Source: Nitrospirota bacterium
Lineage (GTDB): Bacteria > Nitrospirota > UBA9217
Direction of reading: 5' to 3'
Assembly (NCBI GenBank): GCA_963740085.1
Contig: CAVUCU010000001.1
Span: 224,001-288,000, forward strand
DNA: 64,000 nt
Shown here piece after piece: positions 32,471 through 41,745 of this stretch. The notes beneath the pieces were generated by a model, which did no database searches, was not told where the DNA came from, and saw only the letters and a list, made by a program, of their open reading frames with translations. The first letter of the stretch is position 1. Each line of letters begins with the position of its first letter. The position numbers and the translations under genes are program-made.

Positions 32471-33361
32471 ATGATTGCCTTCATAAATTCCATGTTATTT
32501 TTAAAACGATACCTCATACTATGCCGGATCACTATTTCCCTCTTCACCGCTGCTTCCGCGGCAACAGGGTTCCTCCTCGTCCCCCATCACCGGATCACCG
32601 CTGTATTTGTCGTTGCTCTTGCGGTATTTCTTCTGGCCTGCGGAGCGTCTGCCTTGAACCAGTACCAGGAGCATGACGTCGACGCGAGGATGGAACGAAC
32701 CCGCAAAAGGCCCCTCCCGTCCGGAAGCATTTCCCCGTCTCAAGCCGTGGCCCTCTCTCTTGCACTGGTCCTCGCGGGACTGGCCCTCCTTGCGTACGCG
32801 GGTGGTGCGAAGGCGGCGCTCCTGGGTCTCTTCGCTCTTCTCTGGTATAACGGCATCTATACCTATCTTAAGAAGAAGACGGCCTTCGCCGCCGTTCCGG
32901 GCGCGGCCGTGGGCATGGTTCCCCCGGCCATCGGCTGGGTATCGGCGGGCGGCGCCCTGCTCGACCTTCGTATCGCCGCGGTTTGTTTTATCTTCTTCAT
33001 GTGGCAGGTCCCTCACTTCTGGCTTCTCCTCCTGCGCCATGGACAGGAATATGAAAAAGCCGGGCTGCCGTCGCTCACCACGGTGATGAGCAAGTCACAG
33101 ATCGCGCACATCACCTATGCCTGGATCTTCTCCGCAGCGGTCGCAACCTTGCTGCTTCCGCTCTATGGCGTTGTCAGGTCGCCGGTCCTATACGTTGCTT
33201 TCGTTCCGTCCGCCGCATGGCTTGTCTGGAGCGTGAGGTATCTCGCTGCACAACGACCGCTGCTTTCTTCCTCCCCCCTGCTTTTCAGAAAAATAAATGT
33301 CTACCTCTTCCTTATCATGTCACTGCTCGTTCTCGAGAACATATTTTTCAGTACGCCATGA
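32471..33361 (+). CDS. ctaB: Protoheme IX farnesyltransferase (heme o synthase); start uncertain
   Basis: NQYQE.DVDARMERTRKRPLPSG, WQVPHFW. Confidence 0.9.
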   Translation: MIAFINSMLFLKRYLILCRITISLFTAASAATGFLLVPHHRITAVFVVALAVFLLACGASALNQYQEHDVDARMERTRKRPLPSGSISPSQAVALSLALVLAGLALLAYAGGAKAALLGLFALLWYNGIYTYLKKKTAFAAVPGAAVGMVPPAIGWVSAGGALLDLRIAAVCFIFFMWQVPHFWLLLLRHGQEYEKAGLPSLTTVMSKSQIAHITYAWIFSAAVATLLLPLYGVVRSPVLYVAFVPSAAWLVWSVRYLAAQRPLLSSSPLLFRKINVYLFLIMSLLVLENIFFSTP

Positions 33362-33753
33362 TGAGCGACCGCGCTGCTGCAGCTGAAAAGCTCAAACAAC
33401 TCTTGATCGAATCTTCACCGCTTATCGAGGAATATACCGCTGCGGTCTGTCCGGATTGCAAGGCCGTCTGCTGCAGACAGAAGCATGGACTATTTCGGGA
33501 GGGTGATAGAGCGTATCTGAAGGCGCTCGGTGTTCCCGAGCCGCGACGTGATGAGTCAAGGCCGCTGGAAGGACCTTGTGAATTGATGGGACCACGGGGT
33601 TGCGATCAACCGCGATGGCTGCGGCCCTTAAAATGCACCTGGTATTTCTGCGAACACCTTCTCAAAGCCCTGAACGACGGCCCTGCCCGAAAGGCAAGAC
33701 GACTGTCCGCCCTGCTCCAGGAGATAGCGGACATTTATCGCGAACTGGCGTAA
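33358..33753 (+). CDS. Cys-rich protein, YkgJ/CxxCxxCC-like
   Basis: CPDCKAVCC..GPC..GC..PLKCTWYFC; start overlaps the ctaB stop. Confidence 0.65.
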   Translation: MMSDRAAAAEKLKQLLIESSPLIEEYTAAVCPDCKAVCCRQKHGLFREGDRAYLKALGVPEPRRDESRPLEGPCELMGPRGCDQPRWLRPLKCTWYFCEHLLKALNDGPARKARRLSALLQEIADIYRELA

Positions 33754-33905
33754 GGACAGGTCCTGGACCGACAGTGAACGCCATTCTCCCAAAAGCGCAG
33801 CGTAAATAGGGGAAAAGCATGATCTGAACCGCGTCAACGTTCGATTGACATCTCCGGAAAATTATCTTATGCTCATGACAGCGCTGAAGCGGGAGGATTT
33901 GACCT

Positions 33906-34376
33906 ATGAGATTGTTTCTGATATGTTCCGTGGTTGTTCTGATCCTCGTTGTCCGCGGCGCCTCTGCAGGCGGGCTCCGGGAGATCGAGCTGAGAGACGG
34001 CAGTATCATCACCGGAGATGTCGTTTCCCTGAGCAATGGAATTTACACGATCAAGTCCGATAGCCTCGGTACGGTCAGGATCGAAGAATCAAAGATCAAT
34101 GTGATCCGGCCAAAATCATCTGCTCAAGGCGCAGGAGCAATGCAGAGCGCTGCCGGCGAGGTACGGTCCATCCAGACCAGGATGATGAACGATCAGGAGG
34201 TCCTGGGTTTGATCAAGTCCCTGCAAAATGACCCTGATTTTAAAAAGATACTGGAAGACCCCGACATTTTGAAAGCGGTCAATGACGGCGATATCCCGGC
34301 ACTCATGGCCAATCCAAAGTTCTCGAAACTGCTGAACAACTCCACCGTGCAGGAGATCCAAAAGAAGGTCAAATAA
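33906..34376 (+). CDS. Hypothetical exported protein with STI1-like DP/NP helical C-terminus
   Basis: Signal peptide; NDPDFKKILEDPDI..ANPKF; TTGACA-17-TATGCT promoter at 33845. Confidence 0.7.
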   Translation: MRLFLICSVVVLILVVRGASAGGLREIELRDGSIITGDVVSLSNGIYTIKSDSLGTVRIEESKINVIRPKSSAQGAGAMQSAAGEVRSIQTRMMNDQEVLGLIKSLQNDPDFKKILEDPDILKAVNDGDIPALMANPKFSKLLNNSTVQEIQKKVK

Positions 34377-34602
34377 CGCGTATCGGAACAGGCATAACTA
34401 CGCGATCATCCTTCGGAATGCGCAATTATCACCTGATATATTGACATCTTGACCCCGTTATTGCTTAACCTCACAGAGTATTCACTGAAAATAACGTGCC
34501 CTCGAGCATAGGTACCCGTTCTTTTTCATGGGGTGCAATAACGGGGTTGACAACCCTCCGCATTACAGGTACTATCTCCGAAAAATCGAGAAGGGAAACA
34601 CC

Positions 34603-35634
34603 ATGGCAATAACCTACAAAGAAGCTGGTGTGGACATCGATGCAGGCGACCTCTTCGTTGAGAAGATAAAACCTTACGTCAAATCCACGTTCAGGCCCGA
34701 GGTCATGACGCACATCGGCGGGTTCGGCGGGCTCTTTGCACTCAAAAAATACAAGGCCCCGGTCCTCGTTTCCGGCACCGACGGCGTTGGTACCAAGCTC
34801 AAGATCGCCTTTCTCATGAACCGGCACGATACCGTGGGGATAGATCTCGTTGCCATGTGCGTGAACGACATCATCGTCCAGGGAGCCGAGCCGCTCTTCT
34901 TCCTCGACTATTTTGCCATGGGCAGGCTGAAACCGCAGGAGCACGCCGACATCGTCAAGGGCATTGCGGAAGGCTGCAGGCAGGCCGGCTGTGCGCTCAT
35001 CGGAGGCGAGACCGCGGAAATGCCCTCCTTCTACAGCGAGAATGAATACGACCTCGCGGGTTTCGCCGTGGGCGTCGTTGAAAAACAAAAGATCATCAAC
35101 GGATCAAAGATCAAGCCGGGCAACGCGCTCATCGGCCTCGCCTCTTCAGGTCTCCACAGCAACGGCTTTTCGCTCGTGCGCAAGGTCCTGCTCGAACGAT
35201 CCGGCTACGGTGTGAACGACACCCTTTCCGAACTCGCCAACAGGCCACTGGGCGAGGTGCTGCTGACGCCGACAAGGATCTACGCGAAATCCGTTATGGC
35301 CCTGATGAAGGATTTCGATATCCGCGGTATGGCGCACATCACCGGCGGCGGCATCACCGGGAACACACCGCGCATGCTTCCGAAAGGAACACAGGCCCTG
35401 ATCCGTAAAGGGACCTGGGACATTCATCCCATCTTTCCCCTGGTCAGAAAGAAGGCCGGCGTGAACGACGACGAGATGTACCGGGACTTCAATATGGGTA
35501 TCGGCATGATCCTCGCGGTGCCGGCAAAACAGGCTGAAGCGGTGATGAAGAAGGCAAAGAAACTCGGCGAGACGGCGTATCTCATCGGCGAGATCGTAAC
35601 AGGCAGGCAGGGTGTGAAGTACGAAGAAAGATAG
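34603..35634 (+). CDS. purM: Phosphoribosylformylglycinamidine cyclo-ligase
   Basis: TYKEAGVDI, TDGVGTK, GGETAEMP, SGLHSNG. Confidence 0.97.
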   Translation: MAITYKEAGVDIDAGDLFVEKIKPYVKSTFRPEVMTHIGGFGGLFALKKYKAPVLVSGTDGVGTKLKIAFLMNRHDTVGIDLVAMCVNDIIVQGAEPLFFLDYFAMGRLKPQEHADIVKGIAEGCRQAGCALIGGETAEMPSFYSENEYDLAGFAVGVVEKQKIINGSKIKPGNALIGLASSGLHSNGFSLVRKVLLERSGYGVNDTLSELANRPLGEVLLTPTRIYAKSVMALMKDFDIRGMAHITGGGITGNTPRMLPKGTQALIRKGTWDIHPIFPLVRKKAGVNDDEMYRDFNMGIGMILAVPAKQAEAVMKKAKKLGETAYLIGEIVTGRQGVKYEER

Positions 35635-35671
35635 GGTTCAAGGTTCAGGTCCCCACGCTCAAGGAGTTTTC

Positions 35672-36322
35672 ATGCACAAAGTACGCATCGGCGTTCTCGT
35701 TTCCGGTCGCGGTTCGAACCTCCAGGCCATCATAGACAATATTGGAAAAGGCCTTCTCCCGGCCGAGATCGCTGTCGTGATCAGCGACCGGCCCGATGCG
35801 TATTCCCTCGAGCGCGCACGCAAGCACGACATCCCCGCCATCCATATAAGCGCTAAAGGGTACCGGGGAAAACGGGACGAATACGACGCCTTGCTCGTAA
35901 AAGAGCTCAAAAAAAATAACGCGGAACTTGTCTGCCTCGCGGGTTTTATGCGCATTATTACGCCGACCCTCATCAAGGCATTCTCCAACAGGATCCTGAA
36001 CATCCACCCCGCCCTCCTGCCCGCATTCCCCGGTCTCCATGTGCAGAAAGCTGCTCTGGACCACGGCGTTAAGTTCTCGGGCTGTACTGTTCACTTTGTT
36101 GACGAAGGCATGGATACCGGCCCGATCATCATCCAGGCTGTAGTGCCCATCCTTGACAACGACACCGAGGACAGCCTGTCGGAACGCATCCTTAAGCAGG
36201 AGCACAAGATATATTCCCGGGCCATCCAATTGTACGCCGAGGGAAGGCTGAAGATCGAGGGAAGGCGGGTCCTCGTCATTGGCGGGAAAGCGATCGCTGA
36301 CGAATTTTTATTGAACCCCTGA
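35672..36322 (+). CDS. purN: Phosphoribosylglycinamide formyltransferase
   Basis: SGRGSNLQA, LAGFMRI, NIHPALLP, DTGPII. Confidence 0.97.
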   Translation: MHKVRIGVLVSGRGSNLQAIIDNIGKGLLPAEIAVVISDRPDAYSLERARKHDIPAIHISAKGYRGKRDEYDALLVKELKKNNAELVCLAGFMRIITPTLIKAFSNRILNIHPALLPAFPGLHVQKAALDHGVKFSGCTVHFVDEGMDTGPIIIQAVVPILDNDTEDSLSERILKQEHKIYSRAIQLYAEGRLKIEGRRVLVIGGKAIADEFLLNP

Positions 36323-36863
36323 CCCGGACCAACACGCAGAAACCGATATGCCGCGTTGGACACCCCCTCTTTATTAAAGTTATTTTAATTCCTGCCGCTC
36401 TTTCTGGTCCACTCTTTCTGTCGTAGCAAATCTGCAACTAAGCTTTCAAATAATCTATTTTACCAAACACCTGTCCTGTTGCGATCAAAGAGTGAAGTCG
36501 GTTTTGAGATTAAGGCGCATGGTTGCCGCAATATCGATGCGGTGTTCGCTTGGGCAGTCCAAGCGATCATTTCCCTGTTGCCGAAAAGAAGAAGATGAGC
36601 AGAATATCGATGTGCAGGGGTAACCGTGCCGTCCATAGCAAAGACGCGAGACCGCGGATTCAAGATGCGACCCTATTGTCGCGAGGCGTCAAGGACTTCA
36701 CGCACTAGCCGCCGTATCCGCCAGCATGCGGAACTTCTTTTCACTCTATCACTGCCTTGTGATGAACGCCTACTATTCTGGAACGGATGATTTGTCAACG
36801 GAGTTGCAGAAAACTGGATGAAATCTATACATGCGCGAACAGGGTGTCAATAGATTCTCAGCC

Positions 36864-36891
36864 AATAAAAAAGCCCCCTTTTCCCGGAGGC
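36864..36891 (-). terminator. Intrinsic terminator ending a candidate structured RNA
   Basis: GCCTCC-gggaaaa-GGGGGC-TTTTTT on the minus strand. Confidence 0.55.
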
Positions 36892-37051
36892 CGCATGCCC
36901 TTTTTATGCCCGTCAGACCGAGAACCTGCCATATTACCCCATACCCTGCCAACACAGGAAGCAGGATTACTCCTCGTCCCCAGGATTGCGCGCTTAAAGT
37001 AATTAATCAGATACCCATAACATCAAATCGCACATAGGTTGCAGCACCATG

Positions 37052-37789
37052 TTACTGAGTCCAAGTGAACGCATACCCCACGTAGAATAAATTAGAATCC
37101 ACACCCGGATTCTGGGGGGCGGTGTATCCGTTGGAGATGTGCTGATATTTATATCCGAGGACGATCGATTGGTTCTCTAAATGCCAGATTTCGAACCCCC
37201 CGCCAAATCCGAATGTGAAATTAAAATTTGAAGATCCGGCCACCGGCACGTTTTCCGTAAAGTAGAGGACCCCGGCCGTTCCGTTGACGTAAGGTTGGAG
37301 CACGGAACCCCGTCGGAAGTTCATCTGCAACCCAATCGGAGAAATACCGGCACCATAGATCTTCTCTTTTGAGCCGGGTAAATCAACTGGATTTCCGTTC
37401 TCTGCAGAACCCTGCTGCGGCTGCTTGATGAGCACCACAGGAATGATTTCAGCAGTGTATTTCAGCGCCCAGTTGTCGCCCGTTTTCAGGACGCGCGCAT
37501 ATTGCACGTTAAACTCAAATAAAGGGCGGTCTGTGGTACGCCCGATCAGCGTGGGATTATCCGCAGAATATCCCCCCCAGAAGCCCAGTTGGCTAGTGCC
37601 CAGTTCGAGCGACTTTCCCTGATTCCTCGACACGTCAGCTCTCTGAGCGTTGGGGGAAACCGAATCCTGCGCAGTAGCCACAGTGACAAAAATAAGCAAG
37701 AAAAGGAACGTAAGTAAACATTTCCGTGCCGGGGAACCAGTGAGTAAATCGGTAAATAGTTTTAGCGTCATTCTGGACTGAACTCTCAA
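37052..37789 (-). CDS. Lipid A 3-O-deacylase (PagL)/acyloxyacyl hydrolase-like outer-membrane barrel
   Basis: FNFTFGFG and YQHISNG..NPGVDS (His-Ser motif); signal peptide; start uncertain. Confidence 0.8.
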   Translation of the reverse strand: MRVQSRMTLKLFTDLLTGSPARKCLLTFLFLLIFVTVATAQDSVSPNAQRADVSRNQGKSLELGTSQLGFWGGYSADNPTLIGRTTDRPLFEFNVQYARVLKTGDNWALKYTAEIIPVVLIKQPQQGSAENGNPVDLPGSKEKIYGAGISPIGLQMNFRRGSVLQPYVNGTAGVLYFTENVPVAGSSNFNFTFGFGGGFEIWHLENQSIVLGYKYQHISNGYTAPQNPGVDSNLFYVGYAFTWTQ

Positions 37790-38040
37790 TCTGGAATGTT
37801 ATTTTTTCAAAATATGAAAACTTTTAATGATACGGGATGTACTTGTGATTGAATACTTCAATTAGAATACTTCGCGTCATTCAGAATATATCAAAACCAT
37901 AGACCACCCACGACTCTGCGTCGCCAATATTCTGACAACGGCAAAAAATACCGGTTGTATCATGCACAGGACCCGCATGTTGGCACATTGTGGCGGGCTA
38001 CACGCTCTTTTACCCAACCTACTCACTCAAATATCCCACA

Positions 38041-38403
38041 TCACCTTCGGGGCCGCACCACCAGTACGCGTCCTGATTTTGAAGCGTCACGAATTACTGG
38101 GCGCGCATTACCAAATTTGAAATTGAAGACATAGGCGGACGAAAGATCCAAACACTCATTAGTCCATGCCCACTTTTCATCAATGTCAAATGCAGGATCA
38201 GCATTCCCATTAAAAGATTTATAAAGGTCTATAAGTTCCGATCTTGTCGGCAGTCTCCACCCGCCGCCATCCAAAGTAAGGCCTTTGGCATAATCTTCGG
38301 CTTCATAGTGATCCATTGATTGCCCCTTTGGCGAAGCCCACTGAAGACCAAGCCAGGAATCCTTGATCACACTACATTGAACAGAGCTAGATTTATCAGA
38401 CAT
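38041..38403 (-). CDS. DUF1566 (Lcl C-terminal-like) domain protein
   Basis: GLQW..EAEDYA..GWRLPTRSEL..WAWT..VLVVR. Confidence 0.8.
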   Translation of the reverse strand: MSDKSSSVQCSVIKDSWLGLQWASPKGQSMDHYEAEDYAKGLTLDGGGWRLPTRSELIDLYKSFNGNADPAFDIDEKWAWTNECLDLSSAYVFNFKFGNARPVIRDASKSGRVLVVRPRR

Positions 38404-38467
38404 GTGATTTCCTCCTTGATTAATTGGCTCGCTTATTCCCTTTTGAAAATATGAATAAGCATAACGA

Positions 38468-39268
38468 TTAATAAAGGCTCATTAACGTTAAGACCTCGGA
38501 ACATGCCTTTCGGGAAACATCGCGAAATCTTTGTTGGAAATCTTTAAAATTAAAGCCTTCCTGTAATTCAGGAATATTATACTTAGTACCACCCCATCCA
38601 TAACCTGTCCATCCTATGGATATCTTTTCATTTGAGGACGTGTTGTTCAATTTCATCATTAGGCCTAAACGAATATAATTTTTTTTAAAATACAACCCAA
38701 AATCAAAGATTTCTAAATACCAATCCGAATTTATTTGAGGATGATTTTTTTTGTATTCAATAAGGGAAAAATCCGTATCGCGGAAATCACGCCAAATGCT
38801 TTCCCAATCCGAACTCCAGTATGAATTAGTTTCAGTGAAAATTCTGGGATCTTCTTTACGTAGGCGGTCGGCACCTGGTATTTCACTTAATTCTCCAATT
38901 GACGAATTAACAATAGTTACCTTAGAACTATTTTTAAAAACCTTTATACACTCTTCGGCAGTGGTCAAGGAAGGATTCCATGCCCCTCCAGCGTCATTAT
39001 TGAAATTTGCAGCTAATCTACCTCTTTCGTTCGATGTGGCTGCCTGATTAGCTGCATTTATAAGTGTGCTAAAAGGTACTAGAACACCAACACCATTCGC
39101 TTCTATCTTTATTGGACTTGATTTGTAAGGAATTACTGTAATATTATGGGTTGTTTTTAGCTCATCTTGTGAAATAGTCGCTTTGCCAAAACTGGCAACA
39201 CTGCATGCAGTTGTTATGGTACAAAAAAAAACCAGCAAAACGATCTTACTTATTCTATTTGTCATCAT
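38468..39268 (-). CDS. Hypothetical lipoprotein, low GC
   Basis: Lipobox-like ITTAC after a hydrophobic signal; AAGGAG RBS. Confidence 0.65.
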   Translation of the reverse strand: MMTNRISKIVLLVFFCTITTACSVASFGKATISQDELKTTHNITVIPYKSSPIKIEANGVGVLVPFSTLINAANQAATSNERGRLAANFNNDAGGAWNPSLTTAEECIKVFKNSSKVTIVNSSIGELSEIPGADRLRKEDPRIFTETNSYWSSDWESIWRDFRDTDFSLIEYKKNHPQINSDWYLEIFDFGLYFKKNYIRLGLMMKLNNTSSNEKISIGWTGYGWGGTKYNIPELQEGFNFKDFQQRFRDVSRKACSEVLTLMSLY

Positions 39269-39375
39269 TAAATGCTCCTTCTTATGTTCTTTTGGTAGCG
39301 CCGCAGTTGTAAACGCAATTCGTAACAATGCTTCAACCGCCCAGAATCAGCTTTTAGGCAATTTGCTAGACTTAT

Positions 39376-40098
39376 TTACTGTGCAAGATTGATATCTCCA
39401 TTGTACTTATTGTTGGAGTTATTCCACGGAGGCAGAATTGATTTTTCAATGACAACATTTATTAATCCGGGGTATGCAGTATTGAACAGTTTCACATCCT
39501 CCTCATAATTATCGGTAATCGTAACCTCCAAAAAACCAGAAGGATAAAAGCCCACGGTTGCTTGGTCAATAAAACTCAACAACCCACCCGACAGCGATTG
39601 ACAACTTGATTCCTCTCCATCCTTCTTTTCACGAATAACAGCATCTATATGTCCTAAATAAACTACCGAGTTTGGTTTGATGTTTTTTTGCATGTTTAGA
39701 TTTATAAGACACTTTGCACTTAATGCAACATTATTATATACCATCTGAAGATATTGAAAATGGTGGATGCCCGGATTAAGACTGAAGCTTAGAAGGTACT
39801 CATTGTAACTATCAGGTTCGCTTTGGTAAGGCTTGTCAGTTTCAAATATATATTTCCGCATTGCCATTGGTATCGTTGAAGGATTATCCTTGGGAACAAT
39901 AAACGCATGGTCAATGTTTGGCTGATAGGTAGGTTTATTTTTGTTTGATATTTTGACAGAAAGCAATGCAATTGATTTTTTAGAAGTGTCAATGCTGGAC
40001 TGACCGTCAGCGAGTGCCATATGTGATATCTTGAAGCAACCAGACAAGCTTAATGCAAGCAGCAAACATATTACAGTCGACTTAATGCCATTCCTCAT
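39376..40098 (-). CDS. Hypothetical lipoprotein, low GC
   Basis: Lipobox LSGC; AAGGAG RBS. Confidence 0.7.
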   Translation of the reverse strand: MRNGIKSTVICLLLALSLSGCFKISHMALADGQSSIDTSKKSIALLSVKISNKNKPTYQPNIDHAFIVPKDNPSTIPMAMRKYIFETDKPYQSEPDSYNEYLLSFSLNPGIHHFQYLQMVYNNVALSAKCLINLNMQKNIKPNSVVYLGHIDAVIREKKDGEESSCQSLSGGLLSFIDQATVGFYPSGFLEVTITDNYEEDVKLFNTAYPGLINVVIEKSILPPWNNSNNKYNGDINLAQ

Positions 40099-40354
40099 TT
40101 CACCTTCTCCTTTATGATATAATCTACTTGTCCTGATCTTGCCTTACATCGTGCACTCACAAAGATACATTCCGGGTCCAAATTGCAAAGTTGCAAACTT
40201 GGCAGCAGGCTTTCCTTTAAGCTTGCAATCCTGACCCCACTTGATCCATCTTGTAAATGCAATCGGATTTCGCTTTGCTTTACCCAACCTGCCATTTTCA
40301 CAACTGACGCTAAATGCCGCTAGATTAGGCTGTATGCAGCGAAATGTCAACTAA

Positions 40355-40404
40355 TTAGGTGGGGTATTAGGTGGGGTATTTAGGTAGGGTATATTAAGGG
40401 TATG
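40355..40404. repeat. Degenerate direct repeats TTAGGTGGGGTA (3-4 copies)
   Basis: ttaggtggggta ttaggtggggta tttaggtagggta tattaagggta. Confidence 0.7.
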
Positions 40405-40657
40405 CGCTATTGAATTCTGGTTGATAATTACATTGTTGCTAAGAACGGAAACTCGTTTGATACAGGAAGTTTTAGTGGTTACAAATAACCGCAACGATAA
40501 TAAATTCTCAAGGTAGTGTATTCTACGCAATTAATACTGTCAATATTTTTAATATTGCAATGTCTATTTATTTGCATTCCTGATAACGCAAACCTGCTTT
40601 TCTCACTTCTGCCAAACAGATTGAAATCTGTTTATCATTAATTCAAACAGTTACCTG

Positions 40658-40675
40658 TTGGCACGCAACCTGCAA
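40658..40675 (+). promoter_or_regulatory. Sigma-54 promoter
   Basis: TTGGCACG-caac-CTGCAA, near-consensus -24/-12; AT-rich upstream region. Confidence 0.75.
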
Positions 40676-40708
40676 TATATCAGGCAAGACTGAGCGAAAA
40701 AGGAGGAC

Positions 40709-41038
40709 ATGACCATGAAGACCACAATAGCAAGAAAGACAGCATACATCGGGGCAGGCGCAGGACTGGTGCTCTTCGCGCTCTTCGGGCTTATGCCCGG
40801 CAGCCTGTTAGGCGGTGCCATGGGTATCAATATTGCGGGATGGCTATTCGGGCTTCCCCTCCATCCAGGACTCGTAGCCAGGGTCATCGTGCTCGCATCC
40901 ATGCTTATGGGTGTTCTCGTATCCGGCATCGTGATGGTGACAGCCACATCGACCATTGGTTGGCTCGTGGGCAAGGTCCTGGAACCGGGCACTCATCCCA
41001 AGGAAGAGGCTGGCGAAGCAAAGGCTGCACACAGATAG
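40709..41038 (+). CDS. Small Gly-rich membrane protein (paralog 1)
   Basis: AAGGAGG RBS; IGAGAGLVLFALFGLMPGSLLGG. Confidence 0.8.
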   Translation: MTMKTTIARKTAYIGAGAGLVLFALFGLMPGSLLGGAMGINIAGWLFGLPLHPGLVARVIVLASMLMGVLVSGIVMVTATSTIGWLVGKVLEPGTHPKEEAGEAKAAHR

Positions 41039-41085
41039 CAACCGCGATCAAAGACTATACAGCTGAGGCTGAAAGGAGATTTGCC

Positions 41086-41397
41086 ATGAAGAACGAGACA
41101 GTAAAAACAGGGATGAAGATCGGTGCAACTGCAGGTGGTTTGGTCTTCCTGGTGTTCGGGATCATGCCGGGATTCTACTTCGGGAGCTTCGGGACCTTGA
41201 TCCTGCTCCAGAAGCTCATGGGTGGTGCGGTCGAACCCACGCTTTTTGTCAGGGCGGCTGTGGTAATGGGCATCATAGTGGGGATAGCCTGCGCGGCAAC
41301 GGTAAGCCTCATTGTCGGCGGCCTGATCGGCACGGTTTTGGGATATATCGTGTCCTTACCGTCAGCGGGAAGAGAGAAAGCGGCAGAGAAAGCATAA
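41086..41397 (+). CDS. Small Gly-rich membrane protein (paralog 2)
   Basis: AAAGGAG RBS; IGATAGGLVFLVFGIMPGFYFGS aligns with paralog 1. Confidence 0.8.
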   Translation: MKNETVKTGMKIGATAGGLVFLVFGIMPGFYFGSFGTLILLQKLMGGAVEPTLFVRAAVVMGIIVGIACAATVSLIVGGLIGTVLGYIVSLPSAGREKAAEKA

Positions 41398-41437
41398 GCG
41401 CAAACAAGTAGTCGTTCATAGTGAATGATAAATTGGA

Positions 41438-41461
41438 GGGGCAGCCCCGAGTGGCTGCCCC
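41438..41461 (+). terminator. GC-rich hairpin after the paralog pair (no clear U-tract)
   Basis: GGGGCAGCC/GGCTGCCCC stem. Confidence 0.4.
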
Positions 41462-41464
41462 CGT

Positions 41465-41636
41465 ATCAACTTTACGTACTGATCGCCTCCCAAGCGCTCG
41501 AGTGCGGACGATAATCTATGCGCTCTCTCCACCTCGATATACATATTCTGGTCCGCGTAAGGAGTTGACGGATAAGGTGAGCGTCATCGTTGTTGTCTTC
41601 GACTAATAATAGTCTAATCTGGTTCTCAGCAGCCAT
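41465..41636 (-). pseudogene. Frameshifted, truncated response-regulator receiver fragment
   Basis: GAGGTG RBS, MAAENQIRLLLVEDNNDDAHLIRQLL, continuing in another frame as YIEVERAHRLSSALERLGGDQY. Confidence 0.7.
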
Positions 41637-41745
41637 AGTTTCACCTCGTGCGTCAGCCTTGAATGTCTACCCGTCTTATCCTCCTATCAGTGCAACACCG
41701 ACGTGAGAGGCGATACCAGGATGATAAAGTTCGCGGTCAATTTCT

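Noticed and set aside
40840-41085. N-terminal extension of the second Gly-rich protein
   Set aside because: Overlaps paralog 1 out of frame; the RBS supports ATG 41086
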